A stretch of 64,000 bases of DNA from Negativicutes bacterium. GTDB taxonomy: Bacteria; Bacillota; Negativicutes; UBA1444. The stretch covers positions 97,387 to 161,386 of the forward strand of contig CAXXIN010000004.1 in NCBI GenBank assembly GCA_963665275.2. Direction: 5' to 3'. Shown here piece by piece: positions 54,294-62,136 of the stretch. The notes under the pieces were generated by a model. That model made no database searches. It was not told where the DNA came from and saw nothing but the letters and a program-made list of their open reading frames with translations. The first letter of the stretch is position 1, and every line of letters begins with the position of its first letter. A program made the translations under genes and the position numbers.

Positions 54294-55109
54294 TCAGCCT
54301 CCATAGACATTTAGCCGCTTAATAGCCTGCTGATAAAACCACTTGTTGAAAAAATAAAGCCCCACCACCCACAATAGCCCCCCTGCCAAGCGGGACACTC
54401 CGTCCTCGAAAGGCGCCTGTCCGAGCCAAGCCTGAATCGGATACGCATAAATATGAGGAAACGGCAGATATTTCAGTCCGGCCTGCAACGGCGCAGGCAA
54501 CAAGGTTAACGGAACAACCAGGCCGGCTACTAAGCGTATGGTCATGTCCAGAGTCCAGGATATCTGATAGTTCATGGTGGTATAAAAGGAAATTCCGCCA
54601 ATAAACAATTGCAATTCAAACAAAATCAAAAACCCAATCGCGGCGGAAAACAAAAACAGCCAAGGACTTGCCGGGATCAATCCCGCGCTTGACTGAGCCA
54701 GAACCAAAAGCAAAACAGCGCCCGGCATGGCATAAAACAATAGCCGGGCCGCCGCGCAACCGAGCGCCTGCGCCAGCAGCCAGAGGCTGAAGTCCATTGG
54801 CCGCACCAGTTGCAGTGCAATATCACCGTGGGCGACCAAGCCGCTAACGATCAGGTCGGTCTGCTGATGAAAAAGCATCCGCAATAACCAGCCCAGCGAA
54901 TAATACAAGGTCAGCTGCTCCAGCGGCATGACCAATTGACTGCTGCCAAACCGCGACAATGCTTGCAGAAAGAAGAAATAACCGAGGAAAACCACCGGAT
55001 AGGTCATGAATTCCGTGACCACATCGGCTGGATAAGCAGCAAATTCACGCGCGCTCATTCGGGCAACTGCGAAAAATGGCGCCCCATTAGAAAGCTCCGC
55101 GGAACGCAT
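54294..55109 (-). CDS. ABC-2 type permease (DUF990-like)
   Basis: GDIA..L.RP, G..VPL..LP, LPF, C-terminal YGG. Confidence 0.87.
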   Translation of the reverse strand: MRSAELSNGAPFFAVARMSAREFAAYPADVVTEFMTYPVVFLGYFFFLQALSRFGSSQLVMPLEQLTLYYSLGWLLRMLFHQQTDLIVSGLVAHGDIALQLVRPMDFSLWLLAQALGCAAARLLFYAMPGAVLLLVLAQSSAGLIPASPWLFLFSAAIGFLILFELQLFIGGISFYTTMNYQISWTLDMTIRLVAGLVVPLTLLPAPLQAGLKYLPFPHIYAYPIQAWLGQAPFEDGVSRLAGGLLWVVGLYFFNKWFYQQAIKRLNVYGG

Positions 55110-56097
55110 TGAGAATCACCTCCTGCAAAGACGGTTTCTCAATGTAGTAATCGGCAATCCCTTGCTCCGACAACGATCGAGCCTGGGCTATCAATAACAG
55201 TTCCGTGGTCTGTCCTTCCACAACAATCCATTCGATTCCATCCGGCGTACAGGTTCCCTGGCCCAAATCCTTTAACGCGTCCATCCGGGATGGGTCCAGC
55301 ATCTGGCCTGAACGCACGGTCAAGCGCAATTTTTTATAGCGGGCATAGCGCTGCACCGCTTCCAGTACCGTTCCGTCAAATACAACCGCGCCCTGATCAA
55401 AAAGAAGTATCCGGCCGCAAAGTTTCTCAATTACTGCCAGATCATGTGAGGTGATCAGAATCGTCGTCTGCCGCAGACGGTTGATTTCCTGAAGCATTTG
55501 AATCAATTGGGCTACGGTGACAGCATCCAGACCGATGGTCGGTTCATCCAGAAACAGGATTCGGGGGCGGGGCAGCAATGCCGCCGCCAGGGAACAACGC
55601 ATCCTTTGGCCCAGACTGAGAGTCCGCACCGGTTGCCCCATCAATTCCGACAAACCAAAAACTCCGTCCAGATCAGAAAGCGTCCGGTCAAATTCGTGGC
55701 GAGGAATTCGGTACAACACTCTGACCAGTTGAAAAGATTCGCTGGCTGGCAAGTCCCACCACAAATTACAGCGTTGGCCGAAAACAACTCCTATCTGCCG
55801 GCAATAGTTCTGCCGTTCAGAGAACGGATCCAGCCCCAAGGCACGAATTGTTCCACTGTCCGGACAAATAATCCCGGTTAGCATTTTAATCAGGGTTGAT
55901 TTCCCAGCGCCATTCGGCCCGACCAGACCGGTTATATCACCGCCGTTAACATTGAAACTGAACGGATGAACGGCTATATGCATGCGAGACTTGCGGTAAA
56001 ACAAGCTTTTTAATAAGCCGGACATTCCCTCTCCCGCTTCTGGAATCGAATAGGTCTTGCTGATTTCATACGCTTCAATCACCGGCAATTCGTTCAT
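55087..56097 (-). CDS. ABC transporter ATP-binding protein
   Basis: GPNGAGKST, VVFGQR..LWWDLP, LSLGQRMR, LDEPTIGLD, TSH. Confidence 0.94.
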   Translation of the reverse strand: MNELPVIEAYEISKTYSIPEAGEGMSGLLKSLFYRKSRMHIAVHPFSFNVNGGDITGLVGPNGAGKSTLIKMLTGIICPDSGTIRALGLDPFSERQNYCRQIGVVFGQRCNLWWDLPASESFQLVRVLYRIPRHEFDRTLSDLDGVFGLSELMGQPVRTLSLGQRMRCSLAAALLPRPRILFLDEPTIGLDAVTVAQLIQMLQEINRLRQTTILITSHDLAVIEKLCGRILLFDQGAVVFDGTVLEAVQRYARYKKLRLTVRSGQMLDPSRMDALKDLGQGTCTPDGIEWIVVEGQTTELLLIAQARSLSEQGIADYYIEKPSLQEVILNAFRGAF

Positions 56098-56930
56098 GCC
56101 GGTTTTTTCAGTAGAATAATCATCTGACTCTGCCCCTTCGCCGGTGAAAAAATACGGGTCAATTCCGTAACGCCCCAATAAATCAGTCTTGATTCAAGAA
56201 GTCCCAGCAGAATCGTCCTGATGCCCGTCAACAAATAGCGATCCATGAACCGGGATGGTCGCAGCAGAATCCAGTTCCAGACTCCCGGATAGAATTTTCG
56301 GTCCAGCCGTAAAATATTGGGCGAAAACAGCCGCAATTTTTCCAAATACTTGATCTGATCCAACCATTCAATCAGCGGCAGTTCGAACCGATAATAACAA
56401 TTTCGATAGATCCTGTCGACAGCTACCCGGTCGAAACGTTCGTCAATCAATTCCAGGAGTGATTCCTCTGAAAAATGGCCGGTAAAAAAGACATTCACAC
56501 TGACAAGCAATTTACCCTGGGGCTGCAGAGTTTCATACGCCTTCTGAAAAAACTGCTGCTGTTGTTCGTGGGAAAAATAGTACAGAACCTCCAACGCGGT
56601 GATCAAATCAACGGCGTTTTCATCGACTTCCCCCGTCAAAAAGTCTTCGCAGCGAAAGTCCAATCCCGCTGTCGAGACATAATTCAACCGATTATCCTTA
56701 ATCCGCCCCGAGTTGATGTCAAAGCCGGTGACTTTGGCGCCAAGACCAGCCAGAAGCGCTGAAAATTGACCGTTGGCGCAACCGATATCATAAGCGCTGT
56801 GCGGCGAAAAATCCTGCGTCTGAATCAATTTTAAGCAGCGGGCAAATCGATCTTTTTGCGATGCCCGCGTAGAGACATACCAAGGTTCATTCGCCAGCCG
56901 GTCGATCGTATTGTCGTCAATTGTCTGCAT
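56094..56930 (-). CDS. Class I SAM-dependent methyltransferase (NodS-like N-terminus)
   Basis: EPW, YDIGCANG, GFDIN, DLITALEVLYY, L.P.G.L; AGGAG RBS. Confidence 0.85.
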   Translation of the reverse strand: MQTIDDNTIDRLANEPWYVSTRASQKDRFARCLKLIQTQDFSPHSAYDIGCANGQFSALLAGLGAKVTGFDINSGRIKDNRLNYVSTAGLDFRCEDFLTGEVDENAVDLITALEVLYYFSHEQQQQFFQKAYETLQPQGKLLVSVNVFFTGHFSEESLLELIDERFDRVAVDRIYRNCYYRFELPLIEWLDQIKYLEKLRLFSPNILRLDRKFYPGVWNWILLRPSRFMDRYLLTGIRTILLGLLESRLIYWGVTELTRIFSPAKGQSQMIILLKKPA

Positions 56931-57753
56931 AACCGCTCCTGCCAAGTTGATGGATAAAATCAGCTGCCTGTGACCCATCCGAGTAGTGAATCTGCCAACA
57001 TCGACCGGGTACAAAGGAGTTGATCAGTCGTCGAAACAAGAATTGATCGATCGCTTTTAACCGAAAACAATTTGCCAGAAAGCGTTGAACCGAATCCAAA
57101 ACTGACAACGAGTGAACCTCCAATTCGGGACCCGTTGGATCAAAACAGGGAAAAATAAAAAACAGCCGGTACGGGCCCGCACGACCCCAGTGGGGCGGAT
57201 TCCCCGGCGGCATTACGTAATACCGGTCATCAATCGGGCTGGCATAACCCCCCTCCAGGGAAAAGGGTTCATTCTGGGATTTGAGCAGCAACTTGCGGTG
57301 AAACGGCAGCAAAAAACCAGTTTTATTCTGGAAACCGGTTGCTTCATCAGAACCAAGCCACATGCCGCGCTGCAACAGCCGATAGCTCAGGCAGCTTTTG
57401 CCGCTTCCCCCTTCGCCCGCCAAAATATAGGCATTGTGACGGCAACCGACCCAGGCGGCATGAAACACGGTCAGTCCCTCAGTTTCCCCGACAGCGCGGC
57501 TCAGGAGGGCATGCTCCAGTTCGAGTATGGCCTGGTCTGCATTCGTCAGTTGTTTGTGAAGCAACGAATCATAAAACAAACGATATTCGTGGTTCTTCCT
57601 GTCAGGTCCGATCAAGGTAATCCCCATAGTCCGGCAGTCTATCCTTCTGCCCGTCTGAAGCCGAAAAACATTGCTCAAGTATTGATAAACGGCCTCCACA
57701 TCGGTCTCGACCCGAACCGTCCGATTAAATATCCGCAATGTTAGTCTATACAC
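56917..57753 (-). CDS. HPr-kinase-like P-loop kinase (RiPP-associated type)
   Basis: VFHAAWV, GEGGSGKS Walker A, LGSDE, LPF.R. Confidence 0.8.
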   Translation of the reverse strand: MYRLTLRIFNRTVRVETDVEAVYQYLSNVFRLQTGRRIDCRTMGITLIGPDRKNHEYRLFYDSLLHKQLTNADQAILELEHALLSRAVGETEGLTVFHAAWVGCRHNAYILAGEGGSGKSCLSYRLLQRGMWLGSDEATGFQNKTGFLLPFHRKLLLKSQNEPFSLEGGYASPIDDRYYVMPPGNPPHWGRAGPYRLFFIFPCFDPTGPELEVHSLSVLDSVQRFLANCFRLKAIDQFLFRRLINSFVPGRCWQIHYSDGSQAADFIHQLGRSGYADN

Positions 57754-58018
57754 TGCCAGAATCCTTTGTCTGCAGCAGCCCGTATTGGTCCAGCATCGAT
57801 AGAATTATCCGAATATCTTCCGCTGCCTCGCCTCGCTGAATGGGGAAAAAAAGCATAAACTCATCGACAAGCTTTTCAAATGAAACCGGCTCCAGACACA
57901 ACTGAAAAATCACCTTGGCGGTCGGATTAAAACAATGAACCCGGCCGGATTCAACATCTAGAACATATAAATCATCGTCTTTTTCGGCCAGCAGCAATTC
58001 TGTTTTCAATTGAATCAT
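57746..58018 (-). CDS. Stand-alone PqqD family protein (RiPP recognition element)
   Basis: 90 aa: three beta strands, HCFNPTAKVIFQLC, and D....L..L...GLL; ATGA overlap with the GAF gene. Confidence 0.86.
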   Translation of the reverse strand: MIQLKTELLLAEKDDDLYVLDVESGRVHCFNPTAKVIFQLCLEPVSFEKLVDEFMLFFPIQRGEAAEDIRIILSMLDQYGLLQTKDSGSV

Positions 58019-58590
58019 TGGTCTGCGCCCTCCGCTGCCGGGATCTCGATACTTCGCTCCAGCTCTGCCGTCCAGTAATTGTGAATCGGCAAAGGGATAC
58101 GCTCGTTCAGGCAATGGAAAACAGCGGCGATTTTCTCAGCTCGCTCTTTATCCGCCGAGTCAAACCCGCCCTGCAATTTGTTTATCAGTTGAATCGCCCC
58201 CAGAGGGCGCCGGTTGGGACTAAAAAAAGGCGCCGCCAATAACGATTGTGTTTGAAATCCGGTATAGTGGTCCCTTACCCGGCAGAGCGAACGTACATCA
58301 TAAGCAGCCTGATTGCTGAGCAACGCTTCACCGGCGGCGATCGCCTTGCCCACCAGCCCTTCGCCGGATTTGACATCAACATCCATTCCTTCCAGACCCT
58401 GCGCCAGGGCTGATAGGAACTGTTCATCCCGATCCCGCAAAAAAATGGTCGCCCGCTGGCAGGAAAAATCTTGTTGCAGGAGTTTGGCCAACCGGGCAAG
58501 CAATTCAGCTACCGCCAATTCACGATTCTGCAATAGGGACATATATCCTGAAATAGCCTCTTCCACTTTACGCCTCTTTTCTGGCCACAA
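58015..58590 (-). CDS. Stand-alone GAF domain protein
   Basis: RATIFL.D, GEGLVG, D..TGFQT.SLLAAP, GAIQLINK..GF...D (NKFD-type GAF). Confidence 0.85.
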   Translation of the reverse strand: MWPEKRRKVEEAISGYMSLLQNRELAVAELLARLAKLLQQDFSCQRATIFLRDRDEQFLSALAQGLEGMDVDVKSGEGLVGKAIAAGEALLSNQAAYDVRSLCRVRDHYTGFQTQSLLAAPFFSPNRRPLGAIQLINKLQGGFDSADKERAEKIAAVFHCLNERIPLPIHNYWTAELERSIEIPAAEGADQ

Positions 58591-59344
58591 TAATCAGCTT
58601 CTCGCTCTGGTCGGTAAAAGGGCTGTCAAAAGCATAATCACCATATTCCGCCAAAATAGCAAAGCCAGCCTGGGCAAACAACCGCCGGGTCGGCTCGATA
58701 TACATGCGGAAAAACGGCGAGACAAAAACGTCTTGACTCAGCACCGCGCCATTTTGGCGTTTTTCGTAGGTAAAAACAACTTCTTTGTGAAAATCGTCAA
58801 CAATCCTGTTCTGACTCGTTACAATCAACTCGGTTCCGTCTGGTTCCTTTTGCTGATGGAGCGAAAAAATCTGCCCTTCCGGATAGCGGCGCAAATTGTT
58901 TTCTTCAGGCAACAACTCCATCACCAGTAGTCCCTCCGGCTCCAGCGACTGATAAATCGAGGCGAGAGCGCGTTTTTGATCCAGCTCATTATCCAAAGCG
59001 TTTTGAAATGAGTAAAACATGTTCAGTGTTAATGAAACCGGCGGAATTAATTTGAAGTCGCGCATATCCGCCTGAACCGACGCAAATGGCACACCGCGAA
59101 CCCTCGCTTTTTCGCAGGCAATCGCCAAGATCTCCGAATCAAGATCAAGTCCCAGCACGGAATATCCCATCGCGGCCAGTTCGACAAGATGGGTTCCCGT
59201 TCCGCAGGCAATGTCGGCGATGCAACCGACTTTCAGTTGATAAGCGTCAATTACCTGTCGGATAAAAACAGACTCATGCGAATAATCCTTGAAAAAATCA
59301 AAAGTCCGATCATATTCACTGGCGTAAGACTGAATATTGATCAC
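58568..59344 (-). CDS. Class I SAM-dependent methyltransferase
   Basis: ADIACGTGTH, GLDLD, ADMRDF, L.P.G, YGDY. Confidence 0.88.
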   Translation of the reverse strand: MINIQSYASEYDRTFDFFKDYSHESVFIRQVIDAYQLKVGCIADIACGTGTHLVELAAMGYSVLGLDLDSEILAIACEKARVRGVPFASVQADMRDFKLIPPVSLTLNMFYSFQNALDNELDQKRALASIYQSLEPEGLLVMELLPEENNLRRYPEGQIFSLHQQKEPDGTELIVTSQNRIVDDFHKEVVFTYEKRQNGAVLSQDVFVSPFFRMYIEPTRRLFAQAGFAILAEYGDYAFDSPFTDQSEKLIIVARKEA

Positions 59345-59413
59345 CTCTTCGACTGTTCAGTGTCGGCACGATTGTAGCATATCCATCAGACTTGAACGCG
59401 AAGTTGACCAATA

Positions 59414-60103
59414 TCAGGAGTCCGTCTTGAGTTGCGACGGCCAGATCAGGCGGATTACCGCACGGCCTTTTGGACTTTTCTGGACAATCCCGGTCACCGA
59501 AATCATTTTGCCCAGCAGAGTTTTCTCCGGTTCGCCGAAATAGTGCCGATTCTCATGATTGATCACAATTAGCACAGGGTCTAGCGGATAGGGCGCATCG
59601 AGATTTAGATAAGTCTGCCTGCCTTCAGTATCTTTATTAAATTGAGCGCTGGCAACTTTCCCATAAACAGTAACGAACTGTCCGGCATAATTTACAGCGT
59701 CCACGGCTGCGACACGAGTATCTGCCAGTTTAAGCTGTTCAGACTCCATAACCAGAATGAACGGCTTGCCGGATCGGGGTGAAGTGGAAATCAAACCGTT
59801 GGCGCATACCGGTTGGCCCGCCTGCAGTTTGTCGATCGGCAAACGGCTCAGATCCTGCCCACCCGTGACCAGCAAAAAGGGACTCTCAGGCCAAGCTAGA
59901 TCCAGATTGACATAGAACGGCGTTTGTTCGGCTTTGACAGAGTGATGGGTTCCGGCCACTACGCCGCAGACAGTAAGTGTTTCCCCCACTTTGTCCGCCG
60001 CGTCGATTGTCTGGATCACACTTTGAGCCTGCCCAGCTTGCGGCAGCAGCACAACCAACGTGACCCAAACTGCCATAATCGACAACTGTAGCTGTTTGTT
60101 CAT
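59414..60103 (-). CDS. Exported protein with two tandem OB-fold-like repeats
   Basis: Signal peptide ending AGQA; two repeats of A...G...TV.G.V....Y.NLD...P. Confidence 0.72.
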   Translation of the reverse strand: MNKQLQLSIMAVWVTLVVLLPQAGQAQSVIQTIDAADKVGETLTVCGVVAGTHHSVKAEQTPFYVNLDLAWPESPFLLVTGGQDLSRLPIDKLQAGQPVCANGLISTSPRSGKPFILVMESEQLKLADTRVAAVDAVNYAGQFVTVYGKVASAQFNKDTEGRQTYLNLDAPYPLDPVLIVINHENRHYFGEPEKTLLGKMISVTGIVQKSPKGRAVIRLIWPSQLKTDS

Positions 60104-60151
60104 GTCCCTCACACCTCTTCTTTACTCATTTTGGGTACAGTCTGGCGAAAC

Positions 60152-61597
60152 TCAATCGGCAAAACTGATGAGCTGTGCGCTTTGAAATATGCCAAGTTGC
60201 TGACGGACATCGGCTAAAACAAGCTCCTTCGAAATATTGCCGACCTCAGCCAAATTTTCGGCGATCATTCCAACTGTCTTTTTTCCGTCACACTGATTCA
60301 AAATATAAGCCGCAGTCAAATTCAGCTCATATTCGCCTCCGGTTTCCATCTGTCGAACCATTCTTTCATCAGGTCGTTGCAAAAATTGACTCATCACTGG
60401 AATTTCAGTTTCCAACAAATAATCTGCCCCCAGCAAACGTTTCAACGCAAGGGGCGCTCTTTGCTCCAACTCGGTGAACAGCCGCAGGGCTAATTTGACA
60501 TTATGTTTGATAATAGTGCAGTTTTCCAGGGTCGGCGCAAAGAAATCTCGATTATGAAAATAATTGTCGCAAATGCAGAAACCACCGCACAAAAATCGAA
60601 CTTCACACGCCGAACAGCTATCGCGTTGCACAACACTGTGTTGCCAGAATTCGCGGTAGCGCTCATTATTGGTTCCGCTGCGTACATCTCCCATGCAAAA
60701 ATCCTCATGCCCAACCAGCTTATGACAGGGATACACCCTACCGTCTGCTGCAATAGTGACATAGTCGATCCCCATGTTGCAACCGCGCAGACGGGGCGTC
60801 CGCCTGGAGATTTTGCGCAGCAGGACTACAAAATTATCGACGACGTGACTACCGCCGGCAATCAGATGCTCCAGGTATTGCTCCGCAATAGCCGAAAAAG
60901 CTTCTTTAACCCGTTCAATATCTTCCTGACGAACGAAATACGGACTGTTCGCCGGCGACAACCCTCGCTCAAAACGGGTTTCCGGCACGCCCTGGGCCAG
61001 TAATGAGACAAACGCCCGCTCCAGATCCACCGTCGGCCGGAAATAGGTAACATTGACTTTATACTCCAGCTCCGGCAGTTGTCCCAATAGCTGCTGAATA
61101 TTTCCCCAAGCCCGGTCATACACGCTATCATCACTATTTTTAAACACGCGCAGTCGATCGTTGGCAGTCTTGTCGCCGTCTACACTAAATAAAAACCGTA
61201 TCCGATGTTTTTGAAAAAAAGCAGCCATTTCCGCTGTCAACAAAGTCGCATTCGTTATTACATTGTACGCGAAAAAATCGGGGTACTTTCGTTCCGCATA
61301 TTCGACGGCCTCTTGCAGCAAATCAAACTTGAGCAGGGGCTCTCCACCATAAAAAGTCACGTTCATCCCTGGCAGGCCAGCCCGATAAATATAATCCACG
61401 GTCTCCCGAACCAAATCAACATTCATGGTTGCCTGGCTTTCCTGATAGCCCTGCTTTAATTCAGGCATCGCCATAATACAATATTTGCAGGCCAAATTAC
61501 ATTGATGGGTCAAATTGAACAGTACCGAAATCAACCCTGTCGGGCAATGATCTTCGCTTTCAGCAATATTAAACCGGCTTATCTGCATTTCCTGCAA
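60152..61597 (-). CDS. Radical SAM/SPASM peptide maturase with C-terminal PqqD/RRE domain
   Basis: CNLACKYC, FYGGEPLL, TNATLL, SVDG; SPASM CX12GX4C and CX2CX5CX3CX18C; C-terminal YELNLTAAYILNQCDGKKTV. Confidence 0.93.
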   Translation of the reverse strand: MQEMQISRFNIAESEDHCPTGLISVLFNLTHQCNLACKYCIMAMPELKQGYQESQATMNVDLVRETVDYIYRAGLPGMNVTFYGGEPLLKFDLLQEAVEYAERKYPDFFAYNVITNATLLTAEMAAFFQKHRIRFLFSVDGDKTANDRLRVFKNSDDSVYDRAWGNIQQLLGQLPELEYKVNVTYFRPTVDLERAFVSLLAQGVPETRFERGLSPANSPYFVRQEDIERVKEAFSAIAEQYLEHLIAGGSHVVDNFVVLLRKISRRTPRLRGCNMGIDYVTIAADGRVYPCHKLVGHEDFCMGDVRSGTNNERYREFWQHSVVQRDSCSACEVRFLCGGFCICDNYFHNRDFFAPTLENCTIIKHNVKLALRLFTELEQRAPLALKRLLGADYLLETEIPVMSQFLQRPDERMVRQMETGGEYELNLTAAYILNQCDGKKTVGMIAENLAEVGNISKELVLADVRQQLGIFQSAQLISFAD

Positions 61598-61633
61598 AGA
61601 AACAACACCCTTCCCCTACAGCACTCCCACTTG

Positions 61634-61681
61634 AAAAGAAAACCTGTTCCTGATTCTGCGACAAGCAAAATCAAGAACAGG
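61634..61681 (-). terminator. Hairpin with U-tract between precursor and maturase
   Basis: 17-bp stem with two G-U pairs on the minus strand, 5-nt loop, followed by TTTTCTTTT. Confidence 0.75.
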
Positions 61682-61694
61682 CCAAAATCAAATT

Positions 61695-61829
61695 CTATTT
61701 CTTTTTGGGTTTTTTTTCCTTCGGAAAATTGAACGCACACGGTTGCTCAAGATCGCGGACTTCGGTCGGAGTCACGACGGTTTTCATGACCGGCTTCTGA
61801 TACGGAATACTTTCTACCGGGCTATTCAT
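61695..61829 (-). CDS. Putative RiPP precursor peptide, 44 aa (not in the ORF track)
   Basis: AAAGGAGG RBS 8 nt before ATG; MNSPVESIPYQKPVMKTVVTPTEVRDLEQPCAFNFPKEKKPKKK*; YxxP motif; directly upstream of the rSAM gene. Confidence 0.85.
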   Translation of the reverse strand: MNSPVESIPYQKPVMKTVVTPTEVRDLEQPCAFNFPKEKKPKKK

Positions 61830-61894
61830 ACAAAATACCTCCTTTCAGTTAATTCTAATGTATAACTTGAAGAAATATTTTTTATAGTTACTTT

Positions 61895-61922
61895 AGTATA
61901 CCATGGATGGAAATTAAGTCCA
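61895..61922 (-). promoter_or_regulatory. Candidate extended -10 promoter for the precursor operon
   Basis: Minus strand TGGACT-N16-TATACT with TG-N immediately before the -10. Confidence 0.5.
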
Positions 61923-61998
61923 GATAAATTTACAAAACAGGGAACAATGTACTAAAATCCATGAATTAACTATACTACCAAGAATTTTACACACAGAA

Positions 61999-62029
61999 TT
62001 AAACTTGGCTTATTCAAAGCCAAGTTTAA
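61999..62029. repeat. Palindrome related to the 52165 hairpin
   Basis: TTAAACTTGGCTT-ATTCA-AAGCCAAGTTTAA; shares AACTTGGCTTAT and GCCAAGTT with 52165-52202. Confidence 0.6.
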
Positions 62030-62094
62030 CAGATTGTTGGGATTTCGTGGTTTTATGTGGTTGTTTTTACTTGGTCATATCCTTCAATATGAAC

Positions 62095-62132
62095 AAAAAT
62101 CCCGGTTGATCTTGAAATCAGCCGGGATTTTT
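62095..62132 (-). terminator. Terminator after trxA
   Basis: AAAAATCCCGGTTGAT / ATCAGCCGGGATTTTT inverted repeat next to the trxA stop. Confidence 0.75.
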
Positions 62133-62136
62133 CATT

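Noticed and set aside
52226-61829. Lasso peptide cluster, suggested by the YxxP leader, PqqD and kinase
   Set aside because: No asparagine-synthetase-like cyclase or transglutaminase-like B2 protease is present.
60152-61829. SCIFF/thermocellin, PQQ or anaerobic sulfatase maturation system
   Set aside because: The precursor has one Cys rather than six and lacks the PqqA ExxxY motif; there is no pqqB/pqqC or sulfatase nearby.
61850-62130. Additional precursor ORFs upstream of the RiPP cluster
   Set aside because: Only a 3-codon ORF (ATG ACC AAG TAA) with a weak RBS was found on the minus strand.
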